Source: a virus (Duplodnaviria; Caudoviricetes). Taken from it: a DNA stretch of 25,136 bases. Both the position numbers and the translations under genes were made by a program. Under the pieces are notes generated by a model. That model was given only the letters and a program-made list of their open reading frames with translations. It searched no databases and was not told the DNA's origin. The stretch spans positions 1 to 25,136 of IMG/VR virus record IMGVR_UViG_3300046000_011651. The stretch is one strand, 5' to 3'. Position 1 is the stretch's first letter, and every line of letters starts with the position of its first letter. Below are positions 7,847 through 16,411 of this stretch, piece by piece.

Positions 7847-9687
7847 TGAACACCAAGGCCACGACGCCCCGGGCGCCCCGGGACGCCTTCGCAGGGATGG
7901 ACGAAGAGCTCGTCCGGGCGACCCTCGTCGCCAAGGGCTGGCCCCTGGAGTCGGTGGGCACCGAGGACGGAGGCCTCGTCGCGGTCCTCGGCGCCGACGT
8001 CGTGGCGGTGGTCACCGTGGGCCCCGACGGCGAGGCCGCTCTCGCGCGCATCTGCGGCGCGCACGGCTCGCTCCCCGCGACCCCCACCGTCGACCACCGG
8101 CCGCCCGGCGGCGAGCGCCGCAAGGTCCGGCTGTTCCGAGCGCCCGTGCTGCGGATGCCCAGCGCCGAGAACCTCCACGGCGCGGCCGGCGGGGTGTCGG
8201 TCGTGGCCAGCGGGCAGCAGGCGCTCCCGCCGCGCAGCGGGTACCGGGACGTCTGGGCCGTGTGGGCTCGCGACGGGCATCCCTCGGGTCACGCGCTCGC
8301 CGAGCTGCCCGGCTGGCTCGCCGACGCCGCGCGCGACCCGATCGTGGCCGCGAAGCTCGCGACCACCGTGCGCCCGACGCCGGCCACCACCCGCGAGCTC
8401 GATGCCTGGGAGTCGACCCTGGTCCGGTCGGGGCGCCGCACGGCCAACACCTTCGGCAACGCGATGAAGATCGTCCGATCGGCCCCGCTCTTCGCCGGCC
8501 GCTTCCGGCTCAACCTCATGTCGCAGGGCATCGAGTTCGAGGGCGCGCACCTCCCCGAAGGGCGCATCGGAACCTTCAGGGAGAAGATCGAGGATGCCCC
8601 GTGGGGCGGCTTCAGCCCCTCCGAGGCGACGGTCATGCAGGCCGTCCGCGCGCTCGCCGAGGAGCAGGCCTACCACCCGGTGCAGGACTACCTTGCTGGG
8701 CTGGTCTGGGACGGCGTTCCGCGCCTCGACCTCGTCGCCACCGAGCTGCTCCACGCGGAGTCCGACGAGCTCGTCACCACCATGGTGCGCAGGTGGTTCA
8801 TCGGCGCGGTCGCTCGCGCGCTCAACCCCGGGTGCCAGGTCGACACGGCGCTGGTGCTGGTCGGCGACCAGGGCCGGAAGAAATCGAGCTTTTTCCGGGC
8901 TCTCGCCGGGGCATGGTTCGGCGACACCGAGATCAAGATCGGCGACAAGGACGCCTACGGCCAGATCCACCTCAACTGGATCACCGAGTGGGGCGAGATC
9001 GACCGCGTCACGAGCCAGCGCCACGCCGGCGAGGTCAAGGCCTTCGTCTCCCGCCGCGCGGACACCTTCCGCCCGCCCTACGGGAAGACGACCGCGACCT
9101 ACCCCCGGTCGTGCGTCATCGTGGGCAGCACCAACGAGGGGGAGTTCCTGTCCGATCCCACCGGCTCGCGCCGTTTCTGGGTCGTAAGGGTGCGGCAGAC
9201 CATTGACGCCGACCTGGTCACCTCGCTCCGAGACCAGCTCTGGGCAGAGGCCGTCGCCGCCTACCGCTCGGGAGAGATTCACTACCTGCTCCCCGAGGAG
9301 GACAGGGCCCGGGAGATCGCCGCCGAGCAGTACCGGGCCCGAGACGCCTGGGAGGAGGTGGTCGATAGCTGGCTGGAGGACCGCTGGGCGGGCCACCAGA
9401 TCGAGACCGGGCAGCGGCTGCTCACCTCGCAGGTGATCCTCCGCAAGGCGCTCGGGCTCGAGCCCCGGGACATGGACCGCGCCGTCGCCATGCGCCTCGG
9501 CCGGGTGATGGCGGCGCTCGGATACGCCAACGAGCGACAGCGGGTGCCGCGCCAGGCCGCCGACCTTTACCGCGACCCGGAGGGCAACCCCCTCAAGTTG
9601 GTCCACGTCTGGACTCTCGCCGGCGCTTTGGATATGAACGAGGCGACATCCTCGGGGATGGAGGCGGATTTTGTTCCGACCTTCTAA
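7846..9687 (+). CDS. Replication protein: degenerate Prim-Pol N-terminal domain, VirE/VapE-family P-loop ATPase/helicase, C-terminal wHTH-like region (613 aa)
   Basis: YHPVQDYL..L.WDGVPRL, GAVARALNPGCQVD..LVLVGDQGRKKS (Walker A), EWGEI (Walker B), DTFRPPYG, VGSTN...LSDPTGSRRFW, DQLWAEA. Confidence 0.88.
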   Translation: MNTKATTPRAPRDAFAGMDEELVRATLVAKGWPLESVGTEDGGLVAVLGADVVAVVTVGPDGEAALARICGAHGSLPATPTVDHRPPGGERRKVRLFRAPVLRMPSAENLHGAAGGVSVVASGQQALPPRSGYRDVWAVWARDGHPSGHALAELPGWLADAARDPIVAAKLATTVRPTPATTRELDAWESTLVRSGRRTANTFGNAMKIVRSAPLFAGRFRLNLMSQGIEFEGAHLPEGRIGTFREKIEDAPWGGFSPSEATVMQAVRALAEEQAYHPVQDYLAGLVWDGVPRLDLVATELLHAESDELVTTMVRRWFIGAVARALNPGCQVDTALVLVGDQGRKKSSFFRALAGAWFGDTEIKIGDKDAYGQIHLNWITEWGEIDRVTSQRHAGEVKAFVSRRADTFRPPYGKTTATYPRSCVIVGSTNEGEFLSDPTGSRRFWVVRVRQTIDADLVTSLRDQLWAEAVAAYRSGEIHYLLPEEDRAREIAAEQYRARDAWEEVVDSWLEDRWAGHQIETGQRLLTSQVILRKALGLEPRDMDRAVAMRLGRVMAALGYANERQRVPRQAADLYRDPEGNPLKLVHVWTLAGALDMNEATSSGMEADFVPTF

Positions 9688-9955
9688 CGGTGTTCCGACC
9701 GTTCCGACCTTGTTCCGACCTGTGTTCCGACCGGTTTCGGCGGGAAACGCAGGGGAGTTCCGACCGTTCCGACCTTTCGCGCGCACATACGTGAGGGCGC
9801 AGAGCCTCCTGCGCTGTGCCGTTGCCGCTGCTGCCTCTCTGAGTTCTTGGAGGTCGGAACGGTCGGAACAGTCGGAACACTGCCTGTTTTGCAGGGCGCT
9901 GGAGTGTTCCGACCTCGCCGGGGCAGGTCGGAACATCGGGGCGAGGTCGGAACAC
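9673..9955. repeat. Iteron array, probable replication origin (13 x GTTCCGAC: 8 direct, 5 inverted)
   Basis: Direct copies start at 9673, 9692, 9701, 9712, 9724, 9757, 9766, 9906; inverted copies at 9853, 9862, 9871, 9927, 9946. Begins in the last codons of the replication gene. Confidence 0.8.
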
Positions 9956-10059
9956 GTTGCTTCCAGGGCGTGCCGCGGCGTTCCCCCTCGTCGCCCCATT
10001 GCTCGTCCCCTGGTGCTTGCGGGCGCTGCTGAGGCTCCTGGCGCGACTGCGGGGGCGTT

Positions 10060-10257
10060 GTGAGGGCGCCGCTCACGCCGTGCGCCGCCCGGCGCTGTGA
10101 CCGGTTCGCCGCCGGGGTTCGCCCGACGACGCCCGCCCCGCTGGCCCCCCTCTGCGAGCTCTGCCGCAACGCCGTGCGCGACGTGCTGCGTCACCGGCGC
10201 CTCCCCCTGGACGTGGCCGCTCGGATGGTCGCGGGTTCGCGCCGAGGTGCCCGGTGA
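10060..10257 (+). CDS. Zinc-finger-like small protein (65 aa), paralog of 6843-7193
   Basis: CAARRC...AAGVRPTTPAPLAPLCELCR; stop coupled to the next gene. Confidence 0.7.
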   Translation: MRAPLTPCAARRCDRFAAGVRPTTPAPLAPLCELCRNAVRDVLRHRRLPLDVAARMVAGSRRGAR

Positions 10258-10523
10258 TCGACGACGGCGTCACGCACCACCTGGACGGCGAGGACCAGCC
10301 GCGCGCCGTGCTCCCGCTGGCGACGTACACCCGGCTGCGCGCGATCGAGGCCGCGGCGCTGGAACACGTCGCCGCCTGCGGCCGGCTGGCTCGGGCCGAT
10401 GGGGCGTATGCGTCGAAGCACCCGACCATTGCCGCCCGCGCTGCGGCCATGGGCGCGCTGCTCGTGGCCCGCGGTGGTGTGGTCGACACGTCGGCCGCGC
10501 TGGCGAAGGCGGTGGCGGAGTGA
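10254..10523 (+). CDS. Hypothetical protein (89 aa)
   Basis: GTGA coupling at both ends, SD GAGGT. Confidence 0.65.
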   Translation: MIDDGVTHHLDGEDQPRAVLPLATYTRLRAIEAAALEHVAACGRLARADGAYASKHPTIAARAAAMGALLVARGGVVDTSAALAKAVAE

Positions 10524-11824
10524 GCGCCCTCCGCGCCTACCAGCTGCGCGCCGTCGAGGCCGTGCGCGACGCCTTCGGGCGAGTGCGCCGCGTCCTCCTA
10601 GTGCTCCCCACGGGCGCCGGGAAGACCCACACCGCCGCCGAGCTCATCGCCCGGGCGCACCGCAAGGGCCGCCAGGTGCTCTTCTTGGTGCACCGCCGGG
10701 AGATCGTGCGGGACACCGCCTGTCGCCTCCAGGCTGCGGGCATCCCCTGCGGCGTGGTGATGGCCGGCGAGCGGGCGACCGATGCCCCGGTGCAGGTCGC
10801 CTCGGTGCAGACGATCGCCGCCCGCGAGCTCGCGCCGCCCGCCGACCTGCTGATCTGGGACGAGGCCCATCACGTGGCCGCGGACACCTGGCGGACGATC
10901 GCCGCGCAGTACCCCGCCGCCTATCACCTGGGGTTGAGCGCCACCCCGGTGCGCAGCGACGGCCAGGGCCTGCGCGACGCCTTCGACGAGCTCGTCGTGG
11001 GCAGCACCATCGCCGAGCTCGTCGCCCTCGGGGTGCTCGCCCCGGTGGACGTCGTCGGCCCCGCCCGGCGGCAGTCGGCGCTCTCCATGGCGCCCTTCGA
11101 GGCGTGGCAGCAGCACGCGGGCGGGCGCCCCACGGTGGCCTTCTGCGCCACCATCGCCGAGAGCCGGGCCCTCGTCGCCGCCCTCGCCGAGCAGGGCGTG
11201 GCCGCCGCCCATGTCGACGGGGACACCTCGCGCCGGCGCCGCGACGCCATCCTTGAGGACTTCGCCGAAGGGCGCCTGGACGTGGTCAGCAACGTGGCCG
11301 TGCTCACCGAGGGCTGGGACTGCGCGCGCGCCGAGGTCATCCTCCTGGCGCGGGGCTGCGACTCGCCCGGGACGCTGTTGCAGACCATCGGGCGAGGGCG
11401 GCGGTACGGCGCGGACCCGTCAAAGCGGTGCTTGCTGGTCGACCTCTGCGGCGCCGTCCACCAGCACGGGATGCCGGACAGCGAACGCGACTGGACCCTC
11501 GACGGGCTGCGGGCGCCGGCGAAGGGCAGCGCCGACGCCATCCGGCAGTGCCCCGAGTGCGGCGCGGTCTACCTCGTCGCCGAGCACCCGCGCGCCTGTC
11601 CCGCGGGCCACGTCCCGCCGCCCCAGCCCGAGCGCGAGGTGAAGCCGGCGCCGGTGTCGTTCATCACCAGCACCGTCCCGCGGGCCGAGCTGCAGGCGGA
11701 GTTCGATCGGCTGTCGCAGCTGGCGCGCGAGCGGCGCTGGAAGCCCAACGCGGTGCCGGTGCTGTTCAAGCAGCGCTTTGGGTTCTGGCCGTCGCGGATG
11801 CGCGAGACGAGGAGGGTGGCGTGA
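10520..11824 (+). CDS. SF2 DEAH-box helicase with C-terminal zinc ribbon (434 aa)
   Basis: LRAYQ, PTGAGKT, DEAHH, SATP, LTEGWD, QTIGRGRR, CPECG. Confidence 0.92.
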   Translation: MSALRAYQLRAVEAVRDAFGRVRRVLLVLPTGAGKTHTAAELIARAHRKGRQVLFLVHRREIVRDTACRLQAAGIPCGVVMAGERATDAPVQVASVQTIAARELAPPADLLIWDEAHHVAADTWRTIAAQYPAAYHLGLSATPVRSDGQGLRDAFDELVVGSTIAELVALGVLAPVDVVGPARRQSALSMAPFEAWQQHAGGRPTVAFCATIAESRALVAALAEQGVAAAHVDGDTSRRRRDAILEDFAEGRLDVVSNVAVLTEGWDCARAEVILLARGCDSPGTLLQTIGRGRRYGADPSKRCLLVDLCGAVHQHGMPDSERDWTLDGLRAPAKGSADAIRQCPECGAVYLVAEHPRACPAGHVPPPQPEREVKPAPVSFITSTVPRAELQAEFDRLSQLARERRWKPNAVPVLFKQRFGFWPSRMRETRRVA

Positions 11825-12177
11825 AGGAGTCGGCTCTGCAGGTACAGGTGCGGCTCGCGCTCTCGGGCGCGGGTGTGCTCGCGTTCCGCAACAATGTGGG
11901 CGCCGCGGAGTTCTGGAACGAACACCGCCAGACGCCCGACCACGTGGCCTACGGCGTGGGCGGCCCCGGCGGCAGCGACCTGCTGTGCTGCGTCGACGGC
12001 CGGTGGGTCGCGCTCGAGCTCAAGGCCCCCGGGGCGCGCACGAAGCCCGCGCGGGCGGCCCTCCAGGAGCAGTTCCGGGCGCTGCTGAGGGCCAACGGGG
12101 GCTTCGCCACGGTGGTGCGGTCGGTGGACGAAGCGCTGGCCGCGGTGGCGCGGGCGAAGGAAGGGGCGAGCGAGTGA
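11821..12177 (+). CDS. VRR-NUC domain PD-(D/E)xK nuclease (118 aa)
   Basis: KESALQ...FRNNVG...GGSDL...ALELKAP...QEQF...GG...VVRSVDEA. Confidence 0.88.
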   Translation: MKESALQVQVRLALSGAGVLAFRNNVGAAEFWNEHRQTPDHVAYGVGGPGGSDLLCCVDGRWVALELKAPGARTKPARAALQEQFRALLRANGGFATVVRSVDEALAAVARAKEGASE

Positions 12178-13019
12178 GCACCTGTTGCGACGCGACCATT
12201 ACCCTGGTGCTCTCCTCCCGCGCGGACGAGCGGTGCCGCTGCGGCGAGCACTACCGCTGGTCGGGCGCGCTCCCCGATGCCCGGGTCGACGTGGCCGACG
12301 AGGCGGCGCTCCGGCCCTCGGCGGTGCCCCCCGTCGCCCGCCTGACGCGCGTCGAGGACGCCGAACTCGTGAAGGTGCGCCGGCTGCTCACCGAGTTGCG
12401 CCCCGACAAGGGCGGCCCCCTCGGGTGGGCAGCGGACGGCCAGGCGCCGACGGCGCTCGGGAGCAACTGGACGCCGGCGTTGCGGGTGCAGACCTCGGTG
12501 GAGGTGCCCGCGATCTTGCCCGGCGCCTTCCAGGCCCAGGCCCCGGAGTCCCGGGCGCCGCGTCTCGACCCCGACACGACGCTCGGGTGGCTGCAGCGCG
12601 CGGGCACGCTCTGCCAGGGCCTGCGGGGGCTCTACGCCCTCTGCGCCGAGGCGCGCGCCCCGGCCGACGTGCGGACCCGGTGGGCAGCGCTCCCGGCCCG
12701 GGAGCGTCTGGCGGGCGTGGTGGTCTACGGCCGCAAGCTGGTGCTCGCCGCGATGGCCGAGTGGTGGCGGGAGACGCCTGTGGTCGACCCCGAGGCGCTG
12801 CGGTCGGCGCAGTGGGCAGATGTCGCGGGGATCGTGGCGCGGCAGACCGAGCGCGCCTCGACGGCGACGGGCGAAGCGCTGGCGCGGGTGAGGGGGCTCT
12901 TGACACCTCCCCCCGTCTCGGCGTCCAATGCGGCAATCGGGACCCCGCTACCAACGGTCGACGTGCGCCCGGCGCCTGTCGACCCAGCAAGCGCGCGGCC
13001 CGTCACCTCCACCGCGTGA
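12174..13019 (+). CDS. Hypothetical protein at the early/late junction (281 aa), N-terminal Cys cluster
   Basis: GTGA coupling at both ends; TCCD...CRCGEH. Position typical of late regulators, but no family recognised. Confidence 0.65.
   Translation: MSTCCDATITLVLSSRADERCRCGEHYRWSGALPDARVDVADEAALRPSAVPPVARLTRVEDAELVKVRRLLTELRPDKGGPLGWAADGQAPTALGSNWTPALRVQTSVEVPAILPGAFQAQAPESRAPRLDPDTTLGWLQRAGTLCQGLRGLYALCAEARAPADVRTRWAALPARERLAGVVVYGRKLVLAAMAEWWRETPVVDPEALRSAQWADVAGIVARQTERASTATGEALARVRGLLTPPPVSASNAAIGTPLPTVDVRPAPVDPASARPVTSTA
12900..12984 (+). promoter_or_regulatory. Candidate late promoter and leader hairpin
   Basis: TTGACA (12900-12905), 18 bp, TCCAAT (12924-12929, imperfect -10), then hairpin GGTCGAC...GTCGACC (12956-12984) ahead of the packaging genes. 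Confidence 0.4.
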
Positions 13020-13237
13020 CCCACACCTGGCTCACCGTCGCCGCCTTCGCGCGGCTCCGCTGCCTCCAGGTGCGTCGCGCCCGCATGGTGCTCGCCGCCT
13101 GGGAGACCGCCCCGTTCGCCCCCCGCGTGCGCCGCGTCTCCATCGGGCGCGGGCCCGCCTCCCTCCAGGTGCTCGCCGCCGACGTCGCCACGCTCTACGC
13201 GCTGGACGTGGCCGACGTGCACCAGCTCGCTGCGTGA
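13016..13237 (+). CDS. Small putative DNA-binding protein (excisionase/MerR-like HTH), 73 aa
   Basis: THTWLTVAAFARLRCLQVRRAR resembles the WLTV-type start of Xis-like HTHs; GTGA coupling. Confidence 0.55.
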   Translation: MTHTWLTVAAFARLRCLQVRRARMVLAAWETAPFAPRVRRVSIGRGPASLQVLAADVATLYALDVADVHQLAA

Positions 13238-13240
13238 CCC

Positions 13241-13729
13241 ATGGTCCTCTCCCGCGCCATCCCTGCCGCTCTCCACGCTGAAGTGCAGCGGCTGCGGTCG
13301 GAGCAGAACCCCGCCACCGGCGTCACCTGGACCTCGCGCGACGTCGCCGCGCACCTGCTCGCCGCCCACGGCGTAAAGTGCTCGCACATGACGGTGATCC
13401 GCCTCGAGGCGGCGCTCTCCGAGCGAGGCGACGCCCTCATCGTCCAGGCCCTTCGCGACGAGATGCGCGACGAGGTCGGCCCGATGAAGGCCCGGCTGGT
13501 GAAGGCGTCGAAGCGGCTCGCCGAGGCTGTCGCCGGCGAGGAAGACACCTCGAAGATCGCCGCGGGCGTGCGCGCCCTCAGCGCCGTGGTGGACTCCTTT
13601 GCGAAGCTCGGTGGGGTCGCGGCGCCCATGGCCCTGGACGTGACCAGCGGCGGGCAGCGGATGGCCTTCTACGTCCCCGCGAAGCTCAATGACAGCACAG
13701 GAACCGCAGCGGACGTGGCGCCCGAATAG
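13241..13729 (+). CDS. Probable terminase small subunit
   Basis: N-terminal HTH (WTSRDVAAHL...KCSHMTV), helical core, LDVTSGG tail; overlaps the large terminase start. Confidence 0.65.
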   Translation: MVLSRAIPAALHAEVQRLRSEQNPATGVTWTSRDVAAHLLAAHGVKCSHMTVIRLEAALSERGDALIVQALRDEMRDEVGPMKARLVKASKRLAEAVAGEEDTSKIAAGVRALSAVVDSFAKLGGVAAPMALDVTSGGQRMAFYVPAKLNDSTGTAADVAPE

Positions 13730-15155
13730 CGCGCCGCAGGAGCAGTTCCTTACCTACGGCGGCTTCGAGGGCGGGTACGGCGGTGCGGCCGGCGGCGGCA
13801 AGTCCGAAGCGCTCCTGGTCGATGCGCTCTACGGCATCGAGCACTCGAGCTACCGCGCGATCCTCTTCCGCCGCACCTTCGACGAGCTCAAGAAGAGCCT
13901 GATCGACCGGGCCCGCGACTTCTACCCGCACCTCGGCGGCGTCGAGCACAAGACCGACCACGTCTGGACGTTCCCCGGGGGCGCGCAGGTCGGCTTCAGC
14001 CACATGGCGGAGCTGACCGACTACAAGCGCTTCGACTCGGCGGAGTTCCAGTTCGTGGGCTTCGACGAGCTCACCAGCTTCCACCGCGAGCAGTACATCT
14101 TCATGGCCTCGCGGCTGCGGTCCTCGAAGGGGCTGCGGTCGCGCCTGCGGTGGGCCACCAACCCCGGCGGCGTCGGTCATGCCTGGGTGTTCGCCCGCTT
14201 CGCTCCTTGGCTCGACACCCGGCCCGAGTACGACGGCTACCGAGCCGACTTCGGCGAGGTGCTCTACTTCGCCCGCGACGAGGCCGACCCCGACGGCGAC
14301 GGCCGCGTGGTGCCGAAGGGCACCCCCGGCGCGCTGCCCCGCACCTTCGTTCGCGCGCTGGCGACGGACAACCCCGACGTCGGCGCGGAGTACCTCGCGC
14401 AGCTCGACATCCTCGACCGCGTCACCCGGGCCCAGAAGAAGCTCGGGGACTGGCTCATCAAGCCCGGCAAGGGCCTCTACTTCCAGCGCCCCTGGTGGCG
14501 CTTCCTCGACGTCGCCCCGCCCTCGAGCGCGTGGCGCAAAGCCGTCCGCGCCTGGGACCTTGCGGCAACCGCCGACGGGGACTGGACCGTGGGCGTCCTC
14601 ACTGCCCACGTCCCGACGGCCCTTCAGCCCTGGGTGATCATGGACGTGGTGCGCTTCCGCGGCACGCCCGCCGAGGTGCGCGCCAAGGTGCTGGCGGCGG
14701 CGAAGGCCGACGGCCCCGAGGTCACCATCCTGATCCCCCAGGACCCGGGGCAGGCAGGCGTTGACCAGCGCGACGCCTACGCCCGGCTCCTCGCCGGCTA
14801 CACCCTCCGCACGCACCGCCCCACCGGGTCGAAGGTAGTCCGCGCAAGCGGACACTCCTCGCAGGTCGAGCACGCCCAGGTCGCGCTCGTGCGTGGCCCC
14901 TGGAACGAACCCTTCGTCGGCGAGCACCAGGACTTCCCGATGAAGGGCGTCCCGGATGACCAGGTGGACGCCGGCGCCGACGCCATCAACTACCTCTCCG
15001 GTCGCGTCGCGACCTCCGACTGCGCCGCGCTCTTCGCTGACTTCCAGCAGAGCGCCCTCCGTCGCGAGTCGAGCGGCATCTGGCGCCCGCCCCCGTCGTC
15101 GGACGAGGACGAGGACGCCGACGCTAGCTCCCTCTTCAGCTCCCGCCGCGAATGA
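13689..15155 (+). CDS. terL: Terminase large subunit
   Basis: YGGAAGGGKS, FRRT, GFDELT, ATNPGG, nuclease motifs AWDLAA and DDQVDA. Confidence 0.93.
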   Translation: MTAQEPQRTWRPNSAPQEQFLTYGGFEGGYGGAAGGGKSEALLVDALYGIEHSSYRAILFRRTFDELKKSLIDRARDFYPHLGGVEHKTDHVWTFPGGAQVGFSHMAELTDYKRFDSAEFQFVGFDELTSFHREQYIFMASRLRSSKGLRSRLRWATNPGGVGHAWVFARFAPWLDTRPEYDGYRADFGEVLYFARDEADPDGDGRVVPKGTPGALPRTFVRALATDNPDVGAEYLAQLDILDRVTRAQKKLGDWLIKPGKGLYFQRPWWRFLDVAPPSSAWRKAVRAWDLAATADGDWTVGVLTAHVPTALQPWVIMDVVRFRGTPAEVRAKVLAAAKADGPEVTILIPQDPGQAGVDQRDAYARLLAGYTLRTHRPTGSKVVRASGHSSQVEHAQVALVRGPWNEPFVGEHQDFPMKGVPDDQVDAGADAINYLSGRVATSDCAALFADFQQSALRRESSGIWRPPPSSDEDEDADASSLFSSRRE

Positions 15156-16411
15156 TCGATCCCCTCACCCACTACACCGCGCAGCAGCTCCTGGGCGAGG
15201 TCGAGGGCGAGCCCACCCCCGGCACGGGCGCGCTCCCCGCGACCCCGTCCGACCAGGAGCCGCTCACCACCACCACGGTGGCGGCCCTGCGGGCGATGCT
15301 GGACGAGCACGACCGCGGGCGCTTCCTGCGCTCGGGCCTGCTCGCTGACCTCCTGCGCCGCGACGCCGACGTCTACGGCGCCCTGCAGCAGCGCTTGACA
15401 GCCCTCGGCGCGCACCCGGTGTGCTTCGACGCGGCCGACGACACCGACGCCGCGAAGAAGGCCCGCGACGAGCTCGCCGCCGACTGGTCGCGGCTCTGCT
15501 CCCCGGGCGCGCAGGCCGACCTCGCGCTCGACGAGTGCATGATGGGGTGGGCGCTCGCGCAGACCCCGTGGCGCTTCGACCCCGAGACCCGGCGCCTGCG
15601 GCAGACCGTCGAGCCCTGGCCCGCCCACGCGGTCGAGTACGACCGGACGCTGGCGCGCTGGTTCGTGCAGACGACTTTCGGCCGGCTGATGATCACCCCC
15701 GGCGACGGCCAGTGGGTGCTCGTCGCTTCCCGCTCGGAGCGCGCGCCCTGGCTCTGGGGCGCCATCCGCCCCGCGGCCGAGTGGTACCTCTCCAACAGCT
15801 TCGCGGCCTCGGATGCGCGCCGTCGGTCGGAGACCACCGGCCAGGGCATCTGGAAGGTGAAGGTCCCCACGGGGGCCCGCGAGAGCGTCGAGGGCAAGGG
15901 CTTCCTCCGCTCCTTCCGCAACATCGGCCGCGCCGCCGCCATTCCCGCGCCGCAGGGCGCCACGCCTGAGTCCTCCTACGACTTCGAGCTGGTCGAGGCC
16001 AAGGCCGACGCCTACCGCATCTTCGAGTGGCTCAAGACCACCGGGGGCGGCGCGATCCGCCTCGCCATCCTGGGCCAGGACCTCACCAGCCAGAACAACA
16101 AGGTTGGCACCAACGCCTCGAGCTCCACCGGCGAGGGCGTCACCCGCGCCGTGGTCGAGGCCCAGGCCCGCGGCCTCTCCGACGCCTTCACCCGTCAGGT
16201 GGCCGGGCCCCGCGCCCGCTACCTCGGCGAGCCCCTCACCCGGGTTCGCATCGACGCCGAGCCCGAGGGGGACCGCAAAGCCGCCGCCGAGGCCCAGAGC
16301 GCCGAGGCCAAGGCCGTCGCCGACTGGAAGGCGCTCGGCCTGGACGTCGACGAATCCGCCCACGCCGCGAAGGCCGGCATGACCCTCCGCGCCGCCAAGG
16401 CAGCACCATGA
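15152..16411 (+). CDS. Portal protein (Mu gp29/DUF935-like)
   Basis: Follows terL; D...LQQR.., FELVEAK, IRLAILGQDLTSQ motif typical of DUF935 portals. Confidence 0.82.
   Translation: MIDPLTHYTAQQLLGEVEGEPTPGTGALPATPSDQEPLTTTTVAALRAMLDEHDRGRFLRSGLLADLLRRDADVYGALQQRLTALGAHPVCFDAADDTDAAKKARDELAADWSRLCSPGAQADLALDECMMGWALAQTPWRFDPETRRLRQTVEPWPAHAVEYDRTLARWFVQTTFGRLMITPGDGQWVLVASRSERAPWLWGAIRPAAEWYLSNSFAASDARRRSETTGQGIWKVKVPTGARESVEGKGFLRSFRNIGRAAAIPAPQGATPESSYDFELVEAKADAYRIFEWLKTTGGGAIRLAILGQDLTSQNNKVGTNASSSTGEGVTRAVVEAQARGLSDAFTRQVAGPRARYLGEPLTRVRIDAEPEGDRKAAAEAQSAEAKAVADWKALGLDVDESAHAAKAGMTLRAAKAAP

Noticed and set aside
9673-9955. Repeat cluster as CRISPR array, telomere or MITE
   Set aside because: Units are 8-9 bp, in mixed orientation and irregularly spaced; no unique spacers, cas genes or target duplication.
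9593-10169. ORFs across the origin (9671-10063 +, 9593-9955 -, 9684-10169 -, 9847-10032 +)
   Set aside because: Their VPT/FRP/SER peptides are translated iterons. 9671-10063 does end in GTGA overlap with the next gene, but open frames are expected at this GC content.
7597-10194. 865-aa minus-strand ORF
   Set aside because: Antisense shadow of the replication gene; no motifs.
7190-12177. Exonuclease, helicase and nuclease as a defence or restriction system
   Set aside because: These are common phage replication and recombination genes in a typical early operon; no methyltransferase or effector is adjacent.
875-13237. Many C-termini ending AA/VA (GKAA, QEAA, RAVA, RKVA, RRVA, QLAA) as ClpXP degrons
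   Set aside because: Mostly explained by the overlapping SD and GCG-TGA start coupling of the next gene; cannot be separated from sequence alone.
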